64,000 bases of DNA from Callorhinchus milii (taxonomy: Eukaryota): contig NW_024704743.1 of NCBI RefSeq assembly GCF_018977255.1, forward strand, positions 55,926,001-55,990,000. Direction: 5' to 3'. The position numbers and the translations under genes are program-made. Positions 13,941-25,832 of this stretch are shown one piece after another; position 1 is the first letter of the stretch, and every line of letters begins with the position of its first letter. Below the pieces are notes generated by a model. It searched no databases and was not told where the DNA came from. It worked only from the letters and a program-made list of their open reading frames with translations.

Positions 13941-16710
13941 GTGGTTGATGACCATGTTGTGGCTGATTCTGGAACTGCATTTTGTTTGGCTGCTTTTTGA
14001 TGTTCCATTGCAATTCTGGCAGAGAGCATCATCAGAAACATTCCAATGTAAAAACAATTCACTCTTTTAAATTCCGTTTTTAGATCTCCCTGGGCAAATG
14101 CAGCTGAATTTAGACCCCTATATGCAGATCTGTTGCAGTACTGCTTCTCTTGCTTTCTTTTGCTCTCTGCTGTCTTCCTTCCCCATTATGTTTCTGGAGT
14201 ACTTGATCACATTCACTTTCTTGCCGAGATATAATGAGCTGATGTAACTGCTAACCCAAAAGTATGTTTCATTTTCTTTTGTTTTACAACCAGCTTAGTG
14301 GTCTTGAAATATAGAATGAGCCAAAGCTGGATTGCTTAGAGAAGGGATGATAGGATAATGGGGGAAATCAGTGGTTGATATTCACTGTTGAATGAAAGGA
14401 CTGCACTAGCCAAGTCAGCCCGCTTGCAATGCCAGATTTCTAAATGATAGTGCATCTCCTGTGGAAGCTGCCATCTTCCAGTCAGTTAGCTTACCTTAAA
14501 ATAATCATTGTCTCACATCTTAACTTACTTTCCCCACTGCTTTCTGCAATTACCTTTTGTGAAACTTGAGATGCATTTTGCAAAACTTTGCATGATTGTA
14601 CTATGCATCAGAATCCCGCACAGTTTCAGGGAATATGAAAACCTTAAACTGATTCTGTTTTTAGAACTTTCCAGTCTTTGCTGCTGGAATTCCATTTCGT
14701 TTTTGATTTTTGGGATTGTTCGAGGGAAATGGATTAAACCAAATAAAACTTCAGCAATTTAGTCACTGAAAGACATACAGAATAAAAATTGCACAGACTT
14801 GGGTGCGTTATATAAAACTGGTTAATTACTGAGGGAGCCATAAGCCACATAGGTTGAATCAGATGCTGTGATACAGTGGAGACTGTTAAAATGAGCAACG
14901 ACTGTAACCCAAATATGTTGCCTTCATGGTCAGTCTGAAGTGGGAAGCGATTTAAATGAAGCGTAGTTCTTTAAAAGCACACTGAGAAAAATAGCGTGAA
15001 AAGCCTTTTCCTTTGGGGGAACCAGCAGATGAGTGCGTGCACTTATGTTTAACAGGTTACATCATCCATCCATCTTCAGGTGCTACACTGGATGTCTAGC
15101 CTCAGTGCACTGCCTGCTGGTAGGGGAATGGATTAGGAAACAGTTGACACGCTATGTTATATCCTTCAGGGGATTACAACTACAAAAGGAATGCACTGCC
15201 ATCAATTTTCCCCTTATAGTCAAACAGGTTCCTTTGTTTCCTTCAACACCAAATGTTTGAAGTAAATTGCAAAGACAAAATTACTAAAATAACTAATGAC
15301 TAAAATGTGTAACGTGTTCAGTTGTATTAACTATTTGATGTCTAACATTTTGCGCAATTGATTTAAGAGAGGTCTTTCCACCGCTAATCCTTTAAAAAAA
15401 AGTGTTACAGAGAATTGAGAATGATGTTAAAGTAACATAGCATTCTTCTTTTTCTTTTGGTTTGCTAATTCTGTTATATTTATAAAAATATGCATGTTTA
15501 AAACAAATAGTGGCAATACACCATGTTCAGAATAAAGTGCTTCCACTTATTATTTAACGATACCTATTTCATTCTTCTGCTCCCAAGCACAATAACATAC
15601 ATTCTGTCTAAACATGTCATGTGCTGCTGCTGTAACCACGGCAAAAGTTTTGCATAGCTCTGCTGGGTCTCATGAACACAACAATCCTTTAACTGAGGAC
15701 TTCAGGGGAAGATGAATTATATTAATCACATAGAATTTTATTTTCAGATTTAAAATGGGGAATAAAACAGCCGTAGACGGGATGAATGCAAAAAAGCCGG
15801 CTCTCATCCAGATTTCCGGTTTGTGCCAGCAGCCAAAATTTTTGCTTTCAAGTTATTTCTTGGCTGCAGAAAAGACCTGAAAACTATGACAAGAGACAGA
15901 GAGCAGAGTGCTGCCTACATAATGGCCTTTGGGATTGTGACCATTTGTGATTTGTTTCTCACGAATTTGGTAGCAAATCTCACAATTTCAAACACAGCAA
16001 GTTCACAAATACAGCATTTTCCATTATATTCTATATATATCTTCAATATCCTGCACAGCAGTAGGAAGTCATGATTTGTGCTGCATAAACCATTCCCATT
16101 GCAATGATTTGAAATGTGGCTTGCTTTTACTGTGTTGAAAAAAATAATAAATAATCCTTGCATTTAATATAATGCCTTAACACATCAACAAGACATCTTG
16201 AAGCACATCACAGGATATATTATAAAATGCATTGACTGTATATTTTGTGGGTAAAACATGGCAGTCAGTATGCACACAGCAATGTCCCACAAACAGCCAC
16301 AAAGTGAGTGACCAATTCATTTTTGGGGGATTTGTTCTTCAGGACACGAGGAGAAGCTCCCTTCTCTTTTAGTTTAAAATCCTTACTCATATAAGCAAAA
16401 CTCTTGCCAAATGTAATCTTAAAATAGGTCCAAAAAATGACTTTAATATTCCCTCGCTTACATAATCAGAATTTTTGCTGTGTCATTTTCCTTTTTCTGA
16501 AAGTTACTTGTTGTGATATTTCCATATATTTCATGTGTTTGGAAATATTCTTAGGTGGTCTTGTACTCTGGTCTATGTGATTTGGTATTTGGGTGCAGAT
16601 CCCAGACTGTCCAGCGCCTTGGGGCGTCCTCCTGACTTGAAAGGCGCTATACAAATTTAATTTGGTGGTGGTGGTGGTCTGGCACTCTACTTTTTATGCA
16701 ATACCTGCCT

Positions 16711-17022
16711 TAATAATAATAATAATAATCCTTGTATTTGATACAGCGCTTTTCACGTCGGGAGGACGTCCCAAAGCGCTTCACAGAACACACTGTAAAG
16801 TGAATTGACTGTATATTTGTGGGCGAACACGACAGCCAATTACGCACAGCAATGTCCCACAAACAGTCGTAGATTGAAAATGACCAATTTATTATTGTTT
16901 TTGTTTTTTTGGAGGGATTACTATTAGGTGTGTGGAGTAAGGAAACTTGCCCAAGGTTTCGCCCTGCCTGGAATTGAACTCAGGTCTCTTACTTGCAAAC
17001 CGAGTGCTCTCACCACTGAGCC
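16711..17022 (-). mobile_element. Young tRNA-derived SINE
   Basis: Reverse-complement match to 32344-32685, with (AAT)n at the left end. Confidence 0.92.
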
Positions 17023-17439
17023 TTATATAGCCTTATACTGAGAGGATCCCTTTAAGAGATTTCAGACCTCCATTTTGTGAGACAATCATGTGAATGTCGG
17101 ACTCAACCTCAATAAGGTCACCTGTCTAAATAATTTGTGCTTGCACTTCCAAATTGGCCTTCTCAATGTTGTTGTTAGTATGTAGCCCTGATAATGTGTT
17201 CACAGTGTCAATGTCAGAAGTTGTGCTGATGATATTAAAAGCTCAATGTAATGTCATACAGATTCTTTTATAGAACCGTTGTCACTTCATTTTATCTAAT
17301 AATGGCATTCTTATAAAAGAATGCTTCAGATTATAAGGCTTTACAGTGGTCTTATTCTCAAGAATTTCTCTAAATTACCACCCCCACTCATGTCAATATA
17401 ATGGAGAATCATAGTTCTCCATGGCTCAAGAAAAGACAT

Positions 17440-17694
17440 TAGCTCAGTAGTTAGAGCACTCGCCTCTCAAGTGAGAGACCTGGGTTTGATTCCTGGCAAG
17501 GCGAAAAGTTTCCTTACTCCACACGCTTCCATTTACCTAGAGGCGTGGGACACTGCTGTGTGCAATTGGCTGCAGTGTTTCGCCCACAAAATATACATTC
17601 AATTGACTTTACAGTATATTCTGTGAAGTGGTTTGAGATGCAGTAGTAATAAGGAGCTACATCAAATGCAAAGATTGTTATTATTATTATTATT
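17440..17694 (+). mobile_element. tRNA-derived SINE with internal deletion
   Basis: agctcagtagttagagcactcgcc head, core and ATT tail. Confidence 0.8.
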
Positions 17695-18702
17695 GTGTAT
17701 ACTGATTGGAAGATAAAAGTTGCATCAATCCCAACTGTTGATTCTTATCGGTACCTGGGGTTATGGTGGACACCAACAATTGCTTGGACACTTCTGAATG
17801 ACCACGTAAAGACAGAGGAAGGGCGAAGGACACTCGGGTCATACTCAACCCTCTTCAAAGACAGCAAGGCCCCAAAGCAGGTCAACCTTGTGACATATAA
17901 GGCCTGTGTGCAAACAATTCTCCTTTAAGCTTCTGAGCTTCTGGGGATACATTGGAGAGGCTTCCTTCAGCCCGTTGCAAAGCTTTGGATCAAACAGCAT
18001 TGAGGCAAACATGGGAAGCGACTGCAGGGAGAGAGGGCTCTGGCTTAAACTAACCTGTCACTAGGCATCCTGGAGTCAGAGGCGTTTTAAAGCTGGCATG
18101 TTTACTTGCCAAAGCACCTCCAACTGGGAGTGATGTGTATGCGACCTGTGAAACAGAAAGATGGTGACAATGAGCTTATTCTGAGTTGTGTTCACAGAGA
18201 GTTCCTGGTACCATCCATCCACCAAGTGAGGGCTAAAACCCACCCTTGTCAGATATCAAATGACCAACTGGTGACTGTCCTTGGGGGGCATTTGGAAGCA
18301 GTGTCTTTTTTGGAGCTGAACTGGCTCTAAGGTGACGTGTTTGCCAGTTGAATGTCAGAATCGAGTCCATCCTCTGCGGTGCTCTTGGTAGCCATTTGGT
18401 ATTTAGCCCTGATGATGTGTTCACAGTGTCATTGTCAGAAGTGGTCTGTCTGAGCCAGGCATTACTCCAGGGCACTGTTGATGACCACACAGCCAGTCTG
18501 GCTCATTGGCAGGTCTTGGAAGGGCAGACAAGTCACTGGGGGCAGGGACTCTTCCCAATCAGTTCCTGCTAACCCTGCAAGCCAAACCTCCAATGGATAG
18601 GGTAGTCCTAGCTGGACAAGCAGCGGGAAAGCTTGCTAGACAGTGATATCAATGGCAAACTATGCGGTTTAAGCTGGTTAGATTCCAGGAGTACCCCAAT
18701 AC
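17695..18702 (+). mobile_element. Unclassified non-LTR element remnant (RT thumb region plus a repeated downstream segment)
   Basis: IPTVDSYRYLG...YKACVQTILL*ASE; the downstream part recurs at 2345-3090(+), ~7130-7590(-), 20615-20860(+), 42115-43050(+, interrupted) and 54700-55095(-). Confidence 0.65.
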
Positions 18703-18707
18703 AGTAC

Positions 18708-20605
18708 AATACAACACAAAATTACATTGCATAGTGCCTCTTACATCAGGATGATAGACAGTCAAGGTGATGGACAGTCAGGGATTTGGACCCGAGCTGG
18801 CGGATGGGATTCCCCAGAGGATCAAATTCAAGATCCTAATCCTCACCTACAAGGCCATTCATGGCCTTGCTCCCTCCTACCTCTCCGACCTACTATCCCC
18901 CTACTTACCTGCCCGTACCCTCCATTCCTCTGGCTCCGGTCTGCTCCACATCCCCCGCCTCAACCGTCCTACCATCGGTGGCCGGGCCTTCAGCCTCTCA
19001 GCCCCTAGGCTCTGGAACTCTATCCCCCAGTACCTTCGCCTTGCCTCCTCCCTTTCCTCCTTCAAGGCCGGTCTCAAGACCTTTCTCTTTGACCGTGCCT
19101 TCAGCTCCCCTCTCGACTCTCTACCCCCTCCTCGCTCCCTCCCTTCCCTGCCCTCACCCTGACCATTTCCCCCCTGCTCGGATCCTGACCCATGAATGGA
19201 ATCTTGTTGTTGTTGTTGTAGAGGGCAGGGAGGGTAGAGGGCAGGTAGGAGGATGGCCAAAGGCTCGGTCAAAGAGGAAGGTTTTGACATGCGCCTTGAC
19301 GAATGTAAGGGAAGGAGCGAAGCGAAGCAATGTGGAATGCAGTTCCAAAGGGTGGGGGAAGAAACGCTGAGGACCTGAGCACAAATGTTGGGGCAGGCCA
19401 GGCAGAGGACATGGAGCAGGCCACAGCCAGCTGAGCGGAGGGAGCAGACAGGTTAAAATGGGGTTAGCAGGTTACAGAGGTGGGAAGAAGCAACACCATG
19501 GAGGGCCTTGAAGGCGAGGATGAGGAATTTGAATTCCATCCTTTGGGGAATGGGCAGTCAGTGGAGCTGGGCGAGGGCAAATGTGATGGGATCATGGAGC
19601 CTGGTGTTGGCTATGAGCTGCAAAGTTTGGGATGATCTGTAGCTTGTGGCAGGATGAGTTTGGGAGGCCAACAAGCAGGGAGTTGGCATAGCCGAGCCTA
19701 GATGCGATGAGGGTCTCAGTGGCCTGAGGGGTGAGGAGGTAGCAGAGCTGGGCGATGTTGCTAAGTTGGGAGAAGGGAGATGGGATCATGACATGGATGT
19801 GGGGTAAAAAGGACAGTTGAGGGTCAAATAGGATACGAAGGTTCTGAAATGGCTTAGTGAGGTGGAGTTTGCATTCTTAGATGGAGATGCTGCCAGTGCC
19901 TGAGGTGTGAAGGAGGGACATCAATTGGGAGGGTCTCGGTCTTGTTGATGTTCAACTATAGAAAGTTAGCTCTCATCCAGGACTTGATCAAATTCAAGGA
20001 CTCAAGTTCTGGAGACTTATCCAAAACCCCTGGGATGTCTTTCCGACATGAAGGGCACTATACAAGTGTAATTTGTTGTTGTTGATGATGGTGTCTGACA
20101 GAAATTCTGTCAGGACAGCAGTGGTCCTGGAGGTGAGGGTGGAGGCAGAGAGGAAGAGTTGGGTGTCATCTGCAAACATTTGGAAGTTGACCCCATGTCT
20201 GTGGATGATGTCATAATGAGGGAACATATAGATATTGAAGAGGAGGGGACCAAGGACAGAGCCCTGAGGAATGTCGCACGAGACGGTGCGGGGCTAGAGG
20301 AGAAGCCGTTTGTGGAGATGTAGTGGAGATGGTATGAGAGGTAGGATCTGAACCACTCAAGGACAGAACCATGAAGGTTGAAGTGCGAGGAGATGTGGTG
20401 GAGGAGGCTAGAGTGGTCAACGGTATTGAAGGCAGCAGAGAAGTCAAGGAGGACGAGGAGGCAGAGGGAGCCCTGATCACAGATGGACAAAATGTAATTT
20501 GTCACCTTGACCAAAGCTGTTTCTGTGCTGTGAGTGGCATGGAAACCTGATCAGAGCAGTTCGTAAAGGGATTGGTGTGAGAGGAAGGAGCAAACCTGGG
20601 AGAGA
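18708..20605 (-). mobile_element. L2 LINE fragment with RT motifs, containing antiparallel L2 inserts
   Basis: LLVLLDFSAAFNTVDH, WFRSYLS and FQMFADDTQL; tail at 18708-18800. Confidence 0.92.
18803..19218 (+). mobile_element. Young L2 3' fragment nested in the antisense L2
   Basis: IPQRIKFKILILTYKAIHGLAPSYLSDLL...RAFSLSAPRLWNSIP...FKAGLKTFLF, ending in (TTG)n. Confidence 0.92.
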
Positions 20606-20929
20606 TAGGAGCGAAGCCCAATGCACACTTTGGTGTACCAAGCCTTGGACCTTGCCAACCTGCGCCTAATATTATACGGAATTAGGTAAGCAGAATGCGT
20701 CCCTCCAGAGAAGAGTGCACATTTCATTTCAATAAATATAATAATTTTTATGCGTAAGTGGGATGATTGTAGCTCTCAGTTTGGTTTGGATGCTCTTAAA
20801 ATTAGAGATGAGTTTCTGCATGTGTCAGATACCCAACTGACCAACAAAAAGTCAATATATATATATATTAAAAACTTTGAAAATAAATAAAGCTCCAAGT
20901 AATAATTAGACAAGCTATGGCTCTTTGGT

Positions 20930-21235
20930 TTTGAAAATAGATATCTCAGTGAGGATTTTATAAAGGTGTATTAGGATTTTAAATGGGACTGAAAGAGTAA
21001 ACCCAGAACAATATTTTTAGATACACCAGGACTGCAGAACAAGAGGGTACAGGTTTAAGATTCCAAAGAGCAATGTCAGAACATACACCAGGAAATATTT
21101 ATTTACCCAGAACGTAATTAATAATTGGAACTAGTTGAGGATAAGACACTGGCCTCTTTTAAGAAACAGTGTGGTGCTTTATTGAGGGGAAGGCAGGATG
21201 GATATTCTGTATGGATGTGATCGAATGGCCTGAGA
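20930..21235 (+). mobile_element. Old CR1 3' fragment
   Basis: Similar to 59085-59410; decayed ORF2 C-terminus. Confidence 0.65.
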
Positions 21236-21237
21236 AC

Positions 21238-21350
21238 AGAGGTTGCAATCCTGGTGCCGTTTTGGGAATCCCGGGAGTTTGGGATTTTAATTCCCCAAAT
21301 CCTGGGATCCTGGGATCCCGAATCTTACCTCATCCAGGATTCCTGCAGTT
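21238..21350. mobile_element. hAT-like transposon end with GGGAT/ATCCC subterminal motifs
   Basis: agaggttgcaatcc followed by clustered gggaatcccggga, tgggatt and cctgggatcctgggatcccga. Confidence 0.45.
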
Positions 21351-22689
21351 GATCTCCACACCAGTAAGACCTACCTCAGAAAGAGCCTCCTTCCACAAAA
21401 CGATTTAAACACCTGCCTGTCCTCTCCAACTAGCTCGTCCTCGCAACAACTTGTGATCCACTCCTGGCAGAAGGATAAGATCTGCCTCCTCTTCCACCCG
21501 TGATTGGGATTCCTGGGAAGGTAACCGCCAGCTGAGAGCCCTTTCATCTGAACCTCTTTTGTGAACACTTGTGATTTTGTATTCAAAGTAATCACAATGG
21601 GTCAACAACACCAACTTGCAATTATGTAGCACCCCCCACACAGGGTAGGGTCTCAGAGCACAGTGTCTACTCATTTACGAGTCTACCATCTTGTGACCCT
21701 CTATGAATCTATGGTTTGACGGTTTGAAAGGACTATTCTTGAAACTGGATTTTCTTCATTTAATCATAGCTCCCAGTACCTATTGTTGTTCCACTGGAGG
21801 CAATGAGCAGCAGAAGAAGAACTGGTGAATAAGACTCAGCAAAGAGTCCATTGATCCAAAATCCTACTCCTTAGGAGTATTTTGTCTTAAAAGTTAAGAT
21901 GATGTAAAATAGTGGAAAACTGTTAAATTCAGTCTTAATTTGGAAACTGTTTCATTTTCAGATCTATGGGAAAATCTACTTCCAAATTAAGACAGATTTT
22001 AAGAAATTTCCATAAAACTGCATCAATATTAAAACTTAAGACAAAGTGTTCTTACAGGCTAAAACTAGGTGGGATTTTGGCCTTTTGGCTTACTTGGCTT
22101 TGTCTTGGAAACACAGTGATGATGTTGGCCCTGATCGGGAGGCGATCGTCAGGTGTAACAGATGCCTTGTTTTAGACAAGAAATAAATAGACTTCCACTT
22201 TTTCTTCCAAACAAATAATTACAAGGGAGGTGTTTTTTATAATACCTAGCTGTACCTGCTGGAGCATCGCTTGCAACCAAAGGATCTAATATGGAATGTC
22301 GTTTGATACACAGACAGACACACAGACAGACATTTAATCTTTATCTATGCTCATCTGGGAGGACTCCTGTGGGAGGACTCCGCACTTTAATAATGTAATG
22401 TTCTCTGTGACGTATGTACTCTGTGATGTATGTGCTCTGTGACGCACAATGCCACAGCGCCACTTTGACTCAGCGGTCACCAGGTGTAATTGCAGCACAA
22501 ATCGTAAAACTGAAAATAGATAATGAACAAAAGGAGATACCCATGTCAAATATGTCCATGTCACTCCCAGTTACAAGACTTTTCTGATGAGGTAAAAATC
22601 ATGTCTCTACGTTAATCGGTTATTGAGATCCTTCTTGAAGCACAGACAGACTTAGTCATTTTATTAGTATAAACAAGATAAATAGAAGA

Positions 22690-22952
22690 AAATAGATAAT
22701 CCTTGCATTTGGTATAATGCCTTATCACTTTTTTTGAAATGTCTCAAAGTGCTTCGCAGGATATAATAGTAATAATAATAATCATCCTTGCATTTGATAT
22801 AGCACCTAATCCTGTCTTCAAAGCGTCTCAAAGCGCTTCACAGAATATACTGTAAAGTGAATTGACTGTATATTTTGTGGGTGAACTGTGGCAGCCAATT
22901 GTGCACAGCAGTGTCCCACAAACAGTCGTGGATTGAAGTGACCAATTTTTTT
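22690..22952 (-). mobile_element. Stacked SINE 3' fragments
   Basis: Two successive atccttgcatttg(a/g)tata tails plus the Deu-like core. Confidence 0.75.
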
Positions 22953-23441
22953 TTGAAGATTCCATCACTCTGGGTAATTCATATTTATGCAGTGACTTTG
23001 TTGCCTGGCTGATCCCTTGGAGCCATCTTAATCCCAAGGAGGTATGTTCTTGGCTGAAGCCTGGCCATCCTGGTTTGGTTGCTGTGTGACTGTGAATACA
23101 TAACTCCTAACATTGCCTGAGTGTCGCGATGATGGCCTGGAAATTCTCTTCAACATTGCCCCTTGAGACAGGGTGAATTTTAGTCCACAGATCTCTTGCT
23201 GATTCCTTATACTTTCATTAAGTTTATCAGAATGAAATCCACTGAACTGGGATCAGGGTAGTTGGGATAGATAAATCTCATCATCAACAACAACTTGCAT
23301 TTATAAAGCATCTTTCACGTAGGATAACATCTTGACACACTTCAGAGAAAATGTGTCATGGAGCAGGAGGGTATGTGTAAGTAGAAGGGGTCGAAGAGAT
23401 CTGTGTTTAGGTAGGATTTAGAGAGGGAGTGTAATTTTTTT

Positions 23442-23565
23442 TACTAGGTAAACAGAGGCTTGTGGAGTAAGGAAACTTGCCCAACATTTTGTCCTGCCAG
23501 GAATCAAACCCAGATCTTTTGCTTGCGAGGCAAGTGCTCTAACCACTGAGCTACAAGACTCTACA
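23442..23565 (-). mobile_element. 5' head of the same SINE family (long variant), antisense
   Basis: Reverse complement reads tgtagagtcttgtagctcagtggttagagcacttg...ctccacaagcctctgtttacctag. Confidence 0.85.
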
Positions 23566-23570
23566 TATGC

Positions 23571-23896
23571 TGTAAAGTCCTGTAGCTCAGTGATTAGAGC
23601 ACTCGCTTTGCAAGCGAGAGACCTGAGTTCAATTCCAGGCAGGTCAGGGCGAAACCTTGGGCAAGTTTCCTTACTCCACACGCCTAATAATAATCCCTCC
23701 AAAACCCAAAACAATAATAAATTGGTCATTTCAATCTACGACTGTTTGAGGGACATTGCTGTGCGCAATTGGCTGCCGCGTTCGCCCACAAATATACAGT
23801 CAATTCACTTTACAGTGTGTTCTGTGAAGTGCTTTGGGATGACATCCCGACGTGAAAAGCGCTATATCAAATGCAAGGATTATTATTATTATTATT
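23571..23896 (+). mobile_element. Young tRNA-derived SINE, full length
   Basis: Very similar to 32344-32685 along its whole length. Confidence 0.92.
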
Positions 23897-24077
23897 AAAG
23901 TCATGTAACAATGTCTATTTTCTGAGAGAACATGGCAGTCAATTTATGTACATCAATGTCCCACACACAGCCATGAAGTGAATGATCATTTTTATTTGGG
24001 GGATTGTTGGCCAGAACACAGGAAATAATCCCTCCTTATTTTTCAATACAGTAGTTCTATGGGATTCCACCTGAACA

Positions 24078-24472
24078 CGTCGACTTCAAGATCCTCACTC
24101 TTGTGTTCAAATCCCTTCACTCTCTGGCACCTCCCCACCTTTCCAACCTCCTCACTTCCCAATCCACCACCCAGCGCCTCTGCTTGACTGGCACCGGCCT
24201 CTTGCTCGTCCCTCACACCCTCCGAACCACCATCGGAGGTCGCGCTTTCAGCTGCTATGCCCCGAAACTCTGGAATACTCTCTCTCAATCCCTCTGCCTT
24301 GTCCCCTTTCTCCCCTTTTTTAAGTCCTGCCTGAAACTCTTCCTCTTTGACTGTGCTTATGGCCACCTGCCCCACCCCACCCGGCTCAAAGTAAGACGCT
24401 GCCACTGTTAAGCGCTCTGAGATGCTACCCTGCATGGAGGGTGCTATATAAGTACAAATTGTTGTTGTTGTA
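24078..24472 (+). mobile_element. L2 3' fragment (second subfamily)
   Basis: FKSLHSLAPPHLSNLL...GGRAFSCYAPKLWNTL; (TTG)n tail. Confidence 0.88.
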
Positions 24473-25728
24473 GACAGGACCTTAGTCTAATGTCTCATCT
24501 GAAGTACAGCACCTCCAAAAATTGCTATTATGATTGTTATCTCTTCTGTAAGATTTTGGTATTCATAATAATACTACCACTGATGATAATATTTTAATTT
24601 GTTACAGAGCCTTTCACATCAGGAGGATGTCCCAAAGCGCTTCACAGGACATACTGTAAAGTGCAGCTACTGTCTGTTTTGTGTACGAATATTGGCCCAT
24701 AAATATACAGTCAATTCACTTTACAGTATATTCTGGGAAGTGCTTTAAAACTCCTCGAAGACGTGATAAGGCGCTATATCAAATGAAAGGATTATTATTA
24801 TTTATTAGAGGTAATATGCACACAGCAGTAGTGTTGTTTTAGGGCAGAGAGCTTCTGATGAGGAGCATAATATGACCACTCTAACATTCAGCAACTGGAT
24901 TTTTGTTTATAGCGCATTGATACCTGTAGAACGCAAACCTCAAAATGTTTGCAGATAGTTTGGCAAATGTTCACCTCATTTGGGTTTAATTGCTGGAAAT
25001 TCCTGGCCTGGTAAATTATACAATCATCATATTGTTGTAAATAGGTACATGGAGACTGTATGGATTTGATCCAAGTGTCTGCAGGGTGCCTGCTCAGATG
25101 TTTTGCACTCTCTTCTTTTCACAGTTGTTTTTTACATTTGAATTCTACATTTAGTTGTGGATTAATTTGAATAATTTCTGCCCCTGTGCTGCACAGTAAG
25201 TCAGCCACAGTTCTGTCACCTGTCATTGAGTAATGCATATGAGGGAAGTGCTGAGCAGAGATCAGGCACAGCACCATGCGGAACCAGGGTCATTCTAGGC
25301 TGTCCTCGTGTGCACCTCAACTACAGATGTTACATGGCTCAGTGCAAAGCTTGGAACGGATTTCATTCTTCCCTCTTGCCTTTTTGATCATGCACGAGAG
25401 CGCCACGTAGGGGTGATCAATTGGTGGTAAACCCCTGCTATAAACAATAGTTTTCATGGGCTAAATGGTGCTTTTCTCATTTCATGCACTTTTTTTTAAT
25501 TGTCCCATCCAGATATATGATACATACAGAAACCCATCACAATGCTTAAAAGTCTCCAAACCAAACTACTGAGAGTTTCACAAATGTATGGTTTTTGTTT
25601 GACTTGTTGGTCCAACTAGTCCGCTGATTATAGAATTATTTAACTATTGCTTGTTTAATTAGTTCTGGGGAAGGACAAATATGCTTCCCTGTATTACTCA
25701 CACTCCTCATTTTCTCTCTGTGCTATAG

Positions 25729-25832
25729 AAGTGAACATCTTCTGGTCAGGGCACCAAGTACATCATAGCTCTGAGGACTACAACCTGACCACAGCCCTTC
25801 GGCAGTCTGTGCTGCAGAAATACTTTACTTGG
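25729..25832 (+). CDS. AGMO: AGMO coding exon (~exon 4), 104 bp, His box HQVHH
   Basis: tttctctctgtgctatag|AAGTGAAC...ACTTGG|gtaagt; encodes (E)VNIFWSGHQVHHSSEDYNLTTALRQSVLQKYFTW. Confidence 0.96.

Noticed and set aside
18861..19370. 169-aa Pro/Ser-rich ORF and similar ORFs in the track
   Set aside because: Alternative frames of L2 fragments.
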